Source: Antechinus flavipes (taxonomy: Eukaryota). Taken from it: 64,000 nt of DNA. The position numbers and the translations under genes were made by a program. Where the stretch lies: the NCBI RefSeq assembly GCF_016432865.1, contig NC_067399.1:665756001-665820000 (forward strand). Direction: 5' to 3'. Every line of letters starts with the position of its first letter. The stretch's first letter is position 1. Below, one piece after another: positions 51,020 to 64,000 of this stretch. The notes under the pieces were generated by a model. The model worked only from the letters and a program-made list of their open reading frames with translations. It did not search any database and was not told the DNA's origin.

Positions 51020-51800
51020 GTTTTTAAAATAGTATTTTATTTTTTCCAAATACATTCAAATATAGTTTTCAACATTCACCTTTGCAAAATCTTGTGTTCC
51101 AATTTTTTTCCCTTTCTCCCCTTTCCTCCCTTCCCAAGACAGCAAGTAATCTGATATAGATTAAACATGTGCAATTCTTCTAAACATATTTCTATATTCA
51201 CCATGCTTCACAAGAAAATTCAGATCAAAAAGGAAAAAAAAAACAAGCATCCAAACAACAACAAAAAGATGAAAATACTATGCTTTGATACACTTTGAAT
51301 CTCCATAGTTCTCTCTCTGGATGTGGATGGCATTTTCCATCCCAAGTCTATTGAAATTGATTTGAATCACCTCATTATTGAAAAGAGCCAAATCCATATC
51401 AGTTCATCATCACATAATCTTGTTATTAGAGAGTGCAACATTCTCTTGGTGCTGCTCACTTCACTCAGCATCAGTTCATGTAAGTCTTTCCAGGTTTTTC
51501 TGAGATCAGCCTGCTGGTCATTTCTTATAGAACAATAATATTCAATTACATTCATACAACTTATTCAGTCATTCCCCATCTATGGGGAATTCACTGAATG
51601 TCCAATTTCTTGCCATTACAAAAAAGGGATTCTACAAACATTTTTTGCATAAGTGGATCCTTTCCCTTCTTTTATGATGTCTTTGGGATACAGAACCAGT
51701 AGAGAAATTGCTGGCTCTAAATGTATGCAGTTTGATAGCCCTTTGGGTATAGTTTCCAATTGCTCTCCAGAATGGTTGGATCATTTCACAACTCCATCAA
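51020..51800 (-). mobile_element. L1 ORF2-end/3'UTR fragment
   Basis: Antisense marsupial L1 3' end through ctccagaatggttggatcatttcacaactcc. Confidence 0.92.
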
Positions 51801-52159
51801 CAATTGGTCAGTTTTTCTTAAACAATCTAATTCTTTCTCTACATCTTCTCTCTTTATTCTTGGTCCTGCTCTCTGAGGCGAAGCAGAACAAATATTGTTT
51901 TTCTTCCAGGGGACGTTCCTTTCTAAACATGAAGATAATCATAACATCCTCTGTAAGTGTTCTCTACCCCAAATGAATCATTTGCAATTCCTTTAACTTA
52001 TCCTCATATTACCTAATCTTGAGCTCCTTCATCATCCAGGTCACCATGATCTAGATGTTTCCCTTTCCTCAAGCGGAGCACCTAGAACTGAACACAAAGA
52101 TACAGCTGATTTTGACTAAAACAGTGGACCACCTATCATCTATCTCTTGATGTTAGGCC

Positions 52160-52960
52160 TTCGATTCAACAAACATTTATTGAATGTCTATACTATGCAA
52201 GTCACTGGGGATAGAACAATGAGTAAAACATGGCTCCTGCCTCCTGGAAACACACTAAATTAAAGGTATAAAACTTGGGTTTGAATCACAACTCTCCTAT
52301 TTATTCTGCAAAAACTAATATATGTACATGTTGTCTCTTCTGACAGATTGGAAGCTTTTTGAATCCAGGAACTTTTTTATTTTTTTTCTTTGTATTCACA
52401 GCATCTAGCACAGAACCTAGAACATCGGAGAGATTTTATAAAGACTTTTAGATTGGAAGATTGAGAGAGTGTCTTTGGGCCCATCATTTAACTGCTTTAA
52501 ATTAAGTTTTTTTGTCTCAATTGGCATGTGATAATACATAAGATGTACTCCACATTTAAACCCTGTAATCTAGTCTATAAATAACTATATTTAAATTTGG
52601 GATGGGTGAAATAGGATACAAAGGAAATAAAAATGCATTGGGAAGGTAGAAGAAGGCAAATTCACATCTAGTTGAGGGAATCATGGAGGGCTTCATGAAG
52701 GAAATGACATTTAATTTGGATGTTTAAAGAGAGATGGGGTTTTGTCCAATGGAAGGATGACATGAAGTCAAAGAAGAGCTTTCAAGTGAAAGAAATAATA
52801 GTACAAAAACAAAAACAGAAGGACAGAAAGCTCAGGGCACATTTAGAGAAAAGCAGGAAGAACAGTTTGGCTGGTGTGTAGAGACTATATAAGGGAGTAA
52901 TGGAAAACAGCTTGAAAAGATAAATTGGAATGGGAGGTCATGATGAAATGGTGGGTGAAG
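52160..52960 (-). mobile_element. L2 fragments (composite)
   Basis: attcaacaaacatttattgaatgtctatactatgcaag; gagggaatcatggagggcttcatgaagga. Confidence 0.6.
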
Positions 52961-53271
52961 TTGAGATTTCATTTTCTTTCTCAATCTTTCCTTCGTTAAT
53001 TCTGGAATGCCTTTACTCTCACCACCTAGTCATTTGAAGCATTCGTGGTATATTGTGAAATGCATTGTGTTAGAGGAGAGTCAAAGTCAGCATGTTTGGA
53101 GTTAGAATTCGAACTCTGACATACATAAGCTATGTAACACTGGGCAAATCACTTGGCTTCTCCATGGACTAGGCAACTCTCTGAGATTAAGAAATTGCAG
53201 GGAGGGTGCATACCTGCCTTAGGAAATGGAGTTTCCTGACCCAGGAGTGCTCTCTATCAATAAAAGTACAT

Positions 53272-53420
53272 GTGGATAGAGAACCAGGCTTGAAGTCAGG
53301 AGGATCTAAGTTCAAATTTGGCCTCAGACACTTAACATTTCCTAGCTGTGTGACCGCGGGCAAGTCACTTAACCCTAATTGCCTTAGCAAAGCAAAACAA
53401 AGCAAAACAAAACAAAAAAC
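53272..53420 (+). mobile_element. WSINE1-like SINE
   Basis: gtggatagagaaccaggcttgaagtcaggagg...cttaacatttcctagctgtgtgacc...gccttagc plus (CAAAA)n tail. Confidence 0.85.
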
Positions 53421-53889
53421 AAGTCTAATCCCTATTCCTCTCTCTTTTTACTGCCTTGGGTGCCAAAACTCAGCCCTTTATTTCATATATATATATGGTG
53501 TGAGTTTAAATCCTGTCTCAATTACTAACTCTATGAAGCTGGTAGGGAAGTCACTTAATCTCCGTCTGCTTCAATCACCTCATCTGTAAAAATGGGGATA
53601 ATAACAGCAAGGTTACTCTAAGGACCAAATAAAGTAATCCTTTGAAAGGTTTTGGTCCCGTGCCTGGGACATAGTAGATACTTAATAGATGCCTCTTTCT
53701 CTCCTTCTCCTTCCCATTGCTAATAAAAACTAAGCTGTCCTGGAACCCGTTCTCTTGGGACCCTAATAAATAACAGAAACCAATTTAATAATTTAATTTA
53801 AAATAATTTAATAAACAAGTTATCAGACACTGAGAGTTTGAGCAGATTGTTGGAAAGGAAGCACCAGCACTTCCTTGCTTTAATCAATC

Positions 53890-54125
53890 AATGAGAAAAC
53901 ATAATCTAACAATATGTTATTTACAAAAAATATATTTGCATCATAAAGATTCACATGGAGTTGAAAGAAAGAGCTGAAGCAAAATTTATTATGCTTCAGA
54001 TGAAGTAAAAAAAAAAGATAGCAATCAGGATTTCAAAAATATAGGTAAAAATAGACTTGATTAAAAGATTCCCTAGTAAATAGGGAACCTACATTATGAT
54101 GAAAGATATGATAGACACACATTGA
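53890..54125 (+). mobile_element. L1 ORF2 endonuclease fragment
   Basis: aaaatttattatgcttcagatgaagtaaaaaaa...tagacttgattaaaaga; homologous to 20080-20180. Confidence 0.7.
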
Positions 54126-55689
54126 TATCAATACTATATATTATATGTGTGTAGTATATATATGACAATATATGACTGTGTAGTATTTAGCATAGTATTA
54201 GTATACAGTTATATATGCATAACATGCATGGCTGCTAAACATCTATACTCCTTTCTATTTCTACCCAATAATCACCAGAAGTTTACATATCTAATTTTTC
54301 TTTTTTTCTCTAACTTTTATAAAATTCTATTCAGTTCCTCAGTGTTTTTCTTGCTTATTTTTTGGTTCATTTTCTCTAGTTTTGGGAAGAGTATGTTGAG
54401 TTTCCCCATTATTGTAGATGTATTATTTCTTCTTGTAACTCAGCTTTTCACAGAATTTTGTCTCTGATCTCAAGGGACTCCCATTTTAATGGAGGAGACA
54501 ATTCGTATGGAATGTTTTCACCTGCAAGTCAGTTGGAAGCTTCACATGGTTCTTAGGGCATATCAGTCAAGTAGATGATAATGGCTCTTCTTGAAAATCG
54601 TTTCTATGGATGAAATCATATTATTTTATAAGTTGAACCATTGACAGTGTTGATAATATCCTTTTCTGGATCTTCAGGAGCTATGGCTGCAGCATTTGAG
54701 GAAGTAGTTGCTGGGCTACATTTCTGCAAGGCTGCTTGTGGGCTTGATGCCCGTGGGAACTGTGTGGGAAGCATTGCTATTCCCAAGGTTCTTGGGTTCA
54801 GTGCACTGGGCTGTATCCATCAGGATTTGAGAGGTTATGATGGTCAAAGGGTGATGTAGCATGATTGACACAAGCTTTCCCCTTCCCATCTCTCCCTCCA
54901 GGGGCCTTTCCTGCTCTGTGTGGGACAGTTGATTGACAGTTTTTAAAGCTAGCTGACTCCTCCACAAGAGTTTTCTCCCCAGATGATGGCTGTGAGGGCT
55001 GTAGTGGAAACAGGAGCAATGGTGTGGTAGGTGCTGCTCTGTGATACCTAATGGAAGCAGTTAGTCATCAGCTGTTTCTAGAATACCTTCCACCTCCATA
55101 TCCATGAATAGGCTTTCCCTCCATCCCTTTCTCACTTTGACCTTCTAGAATTTATCTCTTCCTACAGAGATCGATATAAGTGTCATGTCCTACAGAAAAT
55201 CTGCCTCGATCTTCTCAGTTGTTAATATTCTCCCCCTGGGAATTACTTGTATATCATGAGATGGGACTGATAAACATCCCTAGCACACTCAGTGGATGGA
55301 ATCCCCACAAGGGAGAGGCAGGAAAGCCAACCTTATGATGTGCCTCACTGTCCAATTTGGAGCATCGAAGCATCTGAAGACATTCTGTGACTGGTTCTGG
55401 TCTACTGACCATCTGGCGAAGGAACAGATTGTCTCTTGGTTACAGAGCCAGCAATGAGGTCCTTTCAAATGGCATAAACCAATCAAAGTGAATTTCTTTT
55501 ACTCTGCCTCATTCCTACTCAACAGTGTTTGAATTTGGAGGAAACTAAGACAGAAAGTCTTAGAGCAGGGTAAGAGCACATGGCTCTAATGTTGTGGCTG
55601 GTTATCGCTTTTGATCAAGTATGGAAGACAGCTGTGGCCTTGGGACCTGTTTGACCCAGCGTAGATTGAAGTCAGCCAAGAGCGAAGAA

Positions 55690-55910
55690 CTGGCAGGCAG
55701 CTGGATGGGATAGTGGATAGAATGCTAAACTTGAGATCAGGGAAGCCCGAGTTCTCCTCTTGACTCATGCTAGCTGGGCTAATCGTTAAACCTCAGACTC
55801 AGTTTCCTTCTTTGTAACATGGGGATAGCACTGTTTGTGAGGCTCAACTGAGATGATGTATTTGTATATACTTTTGAAAACCTTGAGATGCTAGATAAAT
55901 TATTATTATC
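55690..55910 (+). mobile_element. MIR CORE-SINE
   Basis: tagtggatagaatgctaaacttgagatcagggaagcccgagttc...cagtttccttctttgtaacatggggatag. Confidence 0.75.
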
Positions 55911-56361
55911 TGTCATTATTGTTACTGTTATGCATTGTTATTATCCCGTGCTTTAGCATTATTCAGTTCCTGCGTTTATTATTATCCATTGGCTATGCAG
56001 AATTTGGAAGTAAATTTGTGAGGCAGATGCTAGCTTAGAAACTGCTTTAAGTTTCTGAGTCCACACTCCTGGGGACCTAAGGAGAGGTAAGGGAATATGT
56101 AGCCCTAAGTATTAAGGGGAAATATTTGTGCATCTCTTCTTGCTTTTTTTTTTTGGCTGTAAATATTTTCTTGTAAAAGTTAATTTATGTTAATTATTTA
56201 AGTTCTTATCACTGGTGGTCATTGTTAGAGAGAAATTATCAAAATGGAGGCTTGAGATAATCATAGTACAGAATAATCACCTTAACTTCCCCAGGAATAC
56301 TCCCAGAATTCTTAGGGAGAGACATAGTCAGTCAGTTTTAGCCTGGAAGAATGAGGCTAGA

Positions 56362-56480
56362 GCTATCTATCTATCTATCTATCTTAAATATCTATCATTT
56401 GTCTATCTATCTGTCTATCTATCTACACACAGAGCTATGTGTATATTGTGGGTATATATATATATGCATATACATATATA
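56362..56480. repeat. (ATCT)n and (TA)n microsatellites
   Basis: Direct inspection. Confidence 0.85.
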
Positions 56481-58326
56481 TGTAAGAATGTACACGAATG
56501 TACACACACAGAGAATATTTATTTTCCATATCATCCCCTCTGTTCAACTAGAAGTAAGCTTCTTGAGAGAATTGTTTCATTTGTGTCTTTCATTTCCAAG
56601 GTTTGACATATAATAGGATCTTAATTCAATTTGAATTGAATTGAGGACACATGCTCTTCTCTCATTATCTCTTTCTTTATAGTAGTTATCTATTCACTAT
56701 TTTTATTGGGTCTTTTCCAGTCTAAAAGTCACAAAATATACTCCCTCCTTGCTCTCTCCTCTTTAAATTGCTTCTTTGCTTCCAAGAAAGCTCCTATAGG
56801 AGGCTTTTCTTGAGCCTTCCTATGATTGATGCTTTTAGTCCCTTTTAATAAGTGTGTATTATTCTGCAAAAATATATGTGTGCATGTTGTATCCTCTGAG
56901 TAGACTACAAACTTCTTGTAGTAGACTGAGTAGACTACAAACTTCTTGAGGGCAAGAATGATTTCATTCTCACCTTTGCTTCCCTGGTACCTAGAACAGT
57001 GATCCGGCATGGTCAGATGAATGGTAGACATCAGTTAAATGTTTCTCAGAAGCATTGCTTTTGGGTGTTACTACTAGAATCTGGCCCATCAGGATCTGTT
57101 TCTTTTGTGGAAATCACAGGAAACTAGAGGCAAATGAGACCATGTAGGTTTCAGTGCAATGGAAAGATTATTGGCTCTAGGGTCAGAGTACCTGGGTCCA
57201 AATTCTCCCTCTATCTCTTGTATATCATTGGTAAAGTCACTTAATCTCTCTGAGCCTGTTTCCTCATCTCCAAGATAAATGGATTAAATTGGATGGACTC
57301 TGATGTCTCATCTTGCTCTAGAAATACAACCTTAGGATTTAATTGAATGTTCTTGCTTTAAAGATAAGGAAACTGAGGCACAAAGAAGAATTTGCCCAAG
57401 GTGTTACTATAAACTAGTGGTTCAATCCTAGGGATCTCTTGACCTTCAGTATGGTTGTCTTTTTTCAATTCCACATTGGAAGTCTGGATACTCCCCAAGA
57501 AATCCTTGGAATTCATTATTTGCTAGATGACTTTTCTTTCTGTGGAGACTTTTTTGTCCCATCCTAAGTATTAAGTAAGATCATATCTTGCAACAACATA
57601 AGTCTACATAATACAACAGAGCTATAAAAGTTGCTTTAAGGACCGAAGTTCAGATTTTCTATCACAGATTTTGATATTGTATAGTTTTATTGTTTCCTCC
57701 ATAGTGTCTCTCCTTCCTAAAAGCCTTTCCTTCTCTATGATAGTAGGGTGACTCAGGGATCTCAGAAGTTATGCCAGAAAAATCTAATCTCTTTCATATT
57801 CTATCCAACCAGAAAGACTTTCAAGGATTGACTTGAACTAAATAGGAAACAGAATATGTGTCTATGACTCGCCCAGCTAACCATTAGGTTTGTTACTAGA
57901 TGATAGAGCCATAATTAAGAATTCTGGCATCTGAGGCAAATTTAATTGGGGCTAGAAGCAAGTTTACCCAATCTGAGTTGAGTTAGACAGGCAGAGGGCT
58001 TTAATCCTCAGGGGATGGCATGACTGAGCATGGATGAGTTTAAGTGTGACCTTCTTCAAGAAATATATCCTGATACCTTCACTTGTTGATGATCTTTAAA
58101 TCACTTTGCATTTATTTTTGTATATCCTCTATACCCTTTAGCACAGAACCCCCACCTCCTGATCACTTGATATAATCTTTATCTTTTTGTATCTCTCATT
58201 TTTCTGTAAATATCTATCTCTCCACAGATGTAACTGCCTTAAGAGCCGGGCCAATCTCATGTTTGCCGTTGTATCTTCAGCACCTAGGATAGCACCCAAT
58301 ATACAGCGTTTGATTGCTTTTATAAA

Positions 58327-58542
58327 GTGCTGAGTATGGAGTCAGGAAGATTCATCTTCTTGAGTTCAAATCTGGTCTCAGACACTTAGTAGCTATGTGA
58401 CCCTGGTTAAGCTATTTTACCCAAATTTTCTCAGTTTCCTCATTCATAAAATGAATTGGAGAAGAAAATGATAAACCATTTCAGTAACTTTGCCAAGAAA
58501 ACCCAAAAAATGAGATTACGGGCATTGTCACAACTGAACAGA
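58327..58542 (+). mobile_element. MAR1-like CORE-SINE
   Basis: gagtcaggaagattcatcttcttgagttcaaatctgg...aaaatgaattggagaagaaaatgataaaccatttcagtaactttgccaagaaaaccc. Confidence 0.85.
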
Positions 58543-59414
58543 ATTTCTTGGAGCCCCCATAAAAGGGGCTGAACTCTTGGAGAGGGAACGGGTCATCACA
58601 GAGCCAATGAGTTGAAGGACAACTAAAGAAGTGGAGTCTCTGAATCTCAGCAACCCAACATCGGGGAAAGCCTTGTTTGCCCTATCCTTGTTACTACTAC
58701 ATCACAGAATGAATTCTTTGGAAACAGAGAGAAAAAAAGAGTTACTCAATTTCTTCTACTTTTAGAAGTAGTTACAGTATTCTGACACATAGAAAAAAGG
58801 AAGAGAATGCTGTGCTAAGAATCACACTGCTTTTAGGCTATCTCCTATTACCACATCTATTCTGATTATACAGAATTTCACAGAGAAAAAAGATATTTTC
58901 TGGAATGAAAAATGTTTTTGTGACATCCATTCTATTGATCTCTGCCTCTCTTAGACCTCTGTTTTCATCTAAAATTCAAGATTTGTTCCAAATGCACATG
59001 GATATAAAGTTATCAAATTACTCATGGAAGACTTTAACCAAGCAAAAAACTGAACATTGAGAAAAAAATATAGGTTTCACATTTCATCCTCTTATATCAC
59101 ACCATGGAAAGAGACTTCCATTATATTACATCAATATTGATGAAGCACTTACAAAACTCTTTTGGACTTTCTTGCTTTTACACAGAAACCCTCATAGAAT
59201 TTTACAGCAGGATGGGATTTTGAAGATTGTGTGGTCTGACTTCTGCCATTTACAGATAAAAACTATGGCCTAGACAGGTTAAATAACTGGCCCAAATTCA
59301 TACTCCTAGGTTTTTTTACTTTAAATTCAGGACTTTTCTTTTTACTATGCTGCATCTGATTAAATCCACACCAACACAACATTTATTAAGCACCTACTAT
59401 GTGGATAGTACTAT

Positions 59415-59640
59415 ATAGACAGCTAAGTGGTATATTTGATAGAGAATCAGTGCCACAGTCAGGTAGCCTGAGTTCAAGTCAGTTCTCAGACACTACTAAC
59501 TGTGTGACCCTGGTCACTTAACCTCTATTTGCTTCAGTTTCCTCAATTGTAAAATGAAAAAAATAGCAGGACATGCTCCATGGGATCAAATGAGATAATA
59601 TTTGTAATGCTGGGCACATGGTGGGAGCGATATACATATA
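59415..59640 (+). mobile_element. MIR CORE-SINE inserted in a minus-strand L2 (about 59370-59840)
   Basis: gacagctaagtgg...ctgagttcaagtc...gcttcagtttcctcaattgtaaaatg. Confidence 0.75.
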
Positions 59641-60543
59641 CCTTTTCCCCTACTATATTACAATACTATGTTAGGTGCTAGGGAAATGAAGAAAAATCAA
59701 AAACAAGTCCTGCCCTTAAAGTCATGTTCTTCATGGGAGATTCAACCTGTATGTAGATAAGTAGAAATATGATAATTCTGAGAGGAAGGAGAGCAGGGAA
59801 TCAAGAAAAGCTGAGCATAAAGGGTGTCACATGGGCTGATTCTTTAAAAGGGCCAGAGATAAATATATGACTCCTCATTATGATTACATATATAGGATTT
59901 TAAGAGACTCAGACTTTTTTAAGAGAGAAGAGTGTCTTGGATGATTTTTATTAAGCCCAAAATATTGTTTAGGACTGAGAAATTAGAGAAGAGCGAATGA
60001 AGCCTTTTTTTTTTTTTTCAGCAAGGCCACCTCTTCACCCTAATTTCTCTATTCTATTTAACTTTAGTACTGGGAGAAAATAGGACTTGAAACACCATCA
60101 GACTCTTCTTATAAGCCAGGCAAATCATATCATTGTTTATTAAACATTGAGTTTATTAAAAACAAAATCTAACTAGGCAGAAAATCCTTGTAATGAAATT
60201 GTTCTTGCTTTTTATCTTCCCTGAATATCAATCCAACTGTCCTCTTTCTCCTGATCACAGGTGGTCCAAAGCAGAGGTGAAATAGGTGGTTTGATGGGTA
60301 AGAAATATCTGCCAGCTGCTCTAAATAATTACCCCTTCTTTATGTCTTGATCTTCTCACTCAAATCGCCAAATAAGCAGGTGATAAATGTGGATCATCAT
60401 ATCTAAAAGATTCTTTTTATGGTTTTTTGGGTTGAGTTTGTATTACCTCATAGATCCTTTTATTTCCATCTTTCCTACTGGGTAGGGGCAGATCAAAATC
60501 CTACCAAGTCCTATCTTATCTCTTCTTGGGAGTGATTTTCTCA

Positions 60544-61386
60544 ACAGGGACACTAATACATTGTTGGTGGAATTGTGAATACATCCAACCATCCTGGAGA
60601 GCAATTTGGAACTATGCTCAAAGAGTTATCAAACTGTGCATACCCTTTGATCCTGCAGTGTTACTACTGGGCTTATACCCCAAAGAGATCTTAAAGGAGG
60701 GAAAGGGACCTGTATGTGCACAAATGTTTGTGGCAGCCTCTTTGTAGTACCCAGAAACTGGAAACTGAGTGGATGCCCATCAATTGGAGAATGGTTGAAT
60801 AAATTGTGGTATATGAATGTTATGGAATATTATTGTTCGGTAAAATGACCAACAGAAGGATTTCAGAAAGGCCTGGAGAGACTTACAGGAACTGATGCTG
60901 AGTGAAACGAGCAGGGCCAGGAGATCATTATATACTTCAACAACAATACCAAATGATGATCAATTCTGATGGACCTGGCCCTCTTCAGCAATGAGATGAA
61001 CCAAATCAGTTCCAATAGAGCAGTAATGAACTGAACCAGCTACACCCAGCGAAAGAACTCTGGGAGATGACTAAGAACCATTACATCAAATTCCCAATCT
61101 CTATATTTTTGCCTGCCTGCATTTTGGATTTCCTTCACAGGCTAATTGTACAATATTTCAGAATCTGATTCTTTTTGTACTGCAAAATAACGGCTTGGTC
61201 ATGTATACTTATGGCATATTTAATTTATACTTTAATATATTTAACATCTACTGGTCATCCTGCCATCTAGGGGAGGGGGTGGGGGAAAGGAGGGGAAAAA
61301 TTGGAACAAAAGGTCTGGCAATTGTCAATGCTGTAAAATTACCCATACATATAACTTGTAAATAAAAAGCTATTATTTTAAAAAAA
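60544..61386 (+). mobile_element. 5'-truncated L1 (ORF2 C-terminus and 3'UTR), relatively well preserved
   Basis: ORF 60526-60747 GTLIHCWWNCEYIQPSWRAIWNYAQRVIKLCIPFDPAVLLLGLYPKE is the L1 ORF2 C-terminal Cys-rich domain. Confidence 0.95.
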
Positions 61387-61779
61387 GTGTGTTTTCTCTG
61401 TTATGGTCCTCTTCTCCCTATCACTTTTGTCCCTGGAAATTTCTTCAGCCATATCTTGAGTTAGCTGGCTTTTTAGTCTAACAGTAATAACCTTTAGGTA
61501 ATATGACCTTTTTTTGCGGGGGGAAGGGATTATATCAGATAAATAAATCATTAAAGCACCCAGAGTACCTCAGAATCCTCAGTTAGAAAAATTCCCATTA
61601 TTCAGACAAAGGTTCGACATTCTGTCTTGACATCCTGGATAAGGATGGTATGAGATACGGAATAAATATATTTCACTCAGATGAGGGAAAGATGGTGGGA
61701 GGTGGAAAGATTTATGCTTTTACCTGATGGATGGAGAAACTTCTTCTTCCCTAGAAAGGTATACTCATTCCCTGAGTTC

Positions 61780-62520
61780 AATCAATCACTCAAAAAGAAT
61801 TTTTAAATGGCTACTATATGTGTGTGTTAAGGGTGTGTATATACAAACACAAAGAATCCTTGCTTTCAATGAGCTTACACATTAGACAACACATAACGTA
61901 AAATACATATTCAGCATGAATATAAAGTTAGCAAATACGTATATGCATTGCAATTAAATACAAAAAAAATTTGGAAGGGAGAACAATGATGGTTAAGGGG
62001 AAGAAAAGTTTCATGCAGAAGATAATGCTTGAGCTGACTCTTAAAAAAAAAAGACAGTCTCTTAGGTCGACAGAGGTAAAAAGTTCATTATAGAGAACAG
62101 AGATATCCAGTAAAAAGGAAAGAAAATGGCATCGTAGGGAGGTACAGGAAAAGGACAAGCTTGTCTGGGTAACAGAGCACAGGAGAGGAATAATATCCTT
62201 TGAAGCTGGAAAGGGAGAGATTAGAAATTGGGCAAAGGTTGTATAAAACTTTAAAAACTAAAGAAAATATAAAGTTTAAAATTTACATTTAAATAAATCT
62301 TAAAATGTAAACAAGTGAGTTTATGTTTTATTTTAGAGCAATAGGAAGCTGGTTGAGTAAGGAACACAAATCATAGGTCTGTGCTTTGTAGGAAGTTTGT
62401 TTGGGAGCAGTGTGTGGGACAATAGTGCTAAGGAAAGAAGCTTGATGAGGAAACACGTGCAACAATCTACGCAAGAGGAGATGAGAGCCTGAGCCAAAAT
62501 GGTGGCTGCATGAATGGAAG
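61780..62520 (-). mobile_element. L2 3' fragment
   Basis: ttcaatcaatcactcaaaaagaatttttaaatggctactatatgtg...gcagaagataatgcttgagctgactctt. Confidence 0.7.
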
Positions 62521-62699
62521 AAGGGCTTGAATATGAAAGGCATTGAATATAGCTTTGGCTCCACAGATGATCTGCCCACTGGCCCTTCCTCCATCATCCT
62601 GGTCCTCTCCCAGGACCCTCTTCCCTTTAGCCTCTAAGCAAGGAAGGCTTAGACTTCTCTTTCTCCAGTTTTTTCCTGCATCCATAGTCACGATGTCTT

Positions 62700-63040
62700 C
62701 CACACACTTTAGTTAGTCCCTGTCCCAAACAGTTTTGCCCCAAGAGAAACTATTCCAAATTGTAGCAAAGTTTTAAATACTCTCATCATTCTGGTCTTCA
62801 TCCTTTGAATAAGTTCTGGGTTTTTGGTCTGGGCTCAGCAGACTGTCCCCCTGCCCGATTGAAACAGACCTGTTCTGAAGTTTTTGCAAAGTATCTTCTT
62901 CTGGAAATGTGTTGTACTCCAAATATTTGTGGGTTCCGTCACTCCAAAACCAGTTCAGAGGCTTAATCTGCTGTTGGTTTGAGAGAAGGTCAAAGGAGGT
63001 CACAAAAGCCATGTCTGCTCTCCGCCATCTTGGCTCCTCT
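62700..63040 (-). mobile_element. Isolated L1 5'UTR start
   Basis: Minus strand begins ggagccaagatggcggagagcagacatgg, the YY1-box start typical of L1 5' ends; no ORF1 follows. Confidence 0.7.
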
Positions 63041-63399
63041 CCAAAGCTCTGGGTTTTCAAGGTCTTTTCTAAATTATGACTCCCCAAAATTTACATAATA
63101 CTTTAGATCTGACAAAGATATAAAATATGTAGGATTATCCCTTTCTTATTTTTAGAAACTACCTTCCAATTAATGTAACCCATGATTGAATTAGAATTTT
63201 GTCTGCCATATCACAATATTGATTCATATTCAATTTAAAGTCCCCTAAGACCCCAGATCTTTTACAGAAAAAATATTTCACTAGTCATGGTCCCCCAAAG
63301 GACCTCCTCCCCAGTATGTATACATACATATGTATACACACACACCCACACTCATATTGCTAATGTCTTTCCTCTGAATTTACCTCTCCTTTATACCAT

Positions 63400-63560
63400 A
63401 TATATTGTATATATATGTGTAGTTGTTTTCATGTTATTTCCTCAATTAGAATGTGAGATCTCTCTGGGGACAGATAGTGGTTTTTGCCTTTTTTTGTATC
63501 CTCAGGCCTTGACACAAAGCCTGGAATTTAGTATTTCATAAATGCTTATTGACTAACTTT
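63400..63560 (+). mobile_element. L2 3' tail
   Basis: attagaatgtgagatctctctggggacag...cataatgcttattgactaac. Confidence 0.7.
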
Positions 63561-64000
63561 TCCATTTCTTCTACTAAATTTTATGTTATTTGGTTCAACC
63601 CAATGTTTTAGCATGAAATTGCCAAGATATTTTTGAATCCTAAAACTGTCACCTGATATATGGTGTATTACCTATCTGTTCTAGCATTGTCTCATCTACT
63701 AATCTGATAAGAATTCTATCTCTGCCTTTTCTCGAGTCATTGATGAAAATATTAACCAGCAGGGGCCCAAGAACAAATCGCTGGAGTAATTACCGTAGAT
63801 AGTTCAAGTCGTCACTGAGTTACTTTGGGGGCATGAATAGGTCTAATTCCATCCAGATTATTTGGCCCATTTCACTCCATCTTTTTCAGAAAAATAGCAT
63901 GAGAGATTTTAATAAATGGGATATGAAAATCTAGTTAAACTTTATATATGTACAATATATACAGAGAGAATAGAAAAATGTATGTGCATGTATATATATG

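Noticed and set aside
54620-55020. Several 60-80 aa open frames in unique sequence, considered as an exon or endogenous viral element
   Set aside because: No motif of bornaviral, filoviral, parvoviral or retroviral proteins was recognisable, and splice sites are unconvincing.
56897-56948. 22-bp direct duplication tgagtagactacaaacttcttg separated by 8 bp
   Set aside because: Ordinary slippage-type micro-duplication within an L2 tail.
60261-60297. 37-nt exon-like segment with strong sites (ctcctgatcacag / TGG|gtaaga)
   Set aside because: Too short to evaluate (VVQSRGEIGGLM) and has no supported partner exon.

Overview
This is vertebrate genomic DNA, AT-rich and strongly CpG-depleted, and almost certainly from a marsupial. 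The SINE, L1 and hAT families point to an Australian dasyurid-like genome, but that rests on recalled consensus sequences, not a database search. By eye, about half or more of the window is interspersed repeat: marsupial L1 fragments, WSINE1/MAR1/MIR CORE-SINEs, L2, L3/CR1, one RTE remnant, hAT DNA transposons, LTR-like pieces and microsatellites. Four N-runs are present, three of them next to simple repeats. I could not identify any protein-coding gene, RNA gene or CRISPR array. The ORF-track entries are L1 remnants, simple-repeat artefacts or short unrecognised ORFs, so the window looks intergenic or intronic. I found no novel biological system. The best leads are a young OC1-like hAT MITE with perfect 8-bp target-site duplications, two CpG-retaining segments, a triple AP-1 enhancer candidate, a recent 60-bp duplication, a permuted L1 insertion, an orphan L1 5' end, and several low-confidence candidate exons. 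Repeat boundaries are approximate unless a TSD is quoted.
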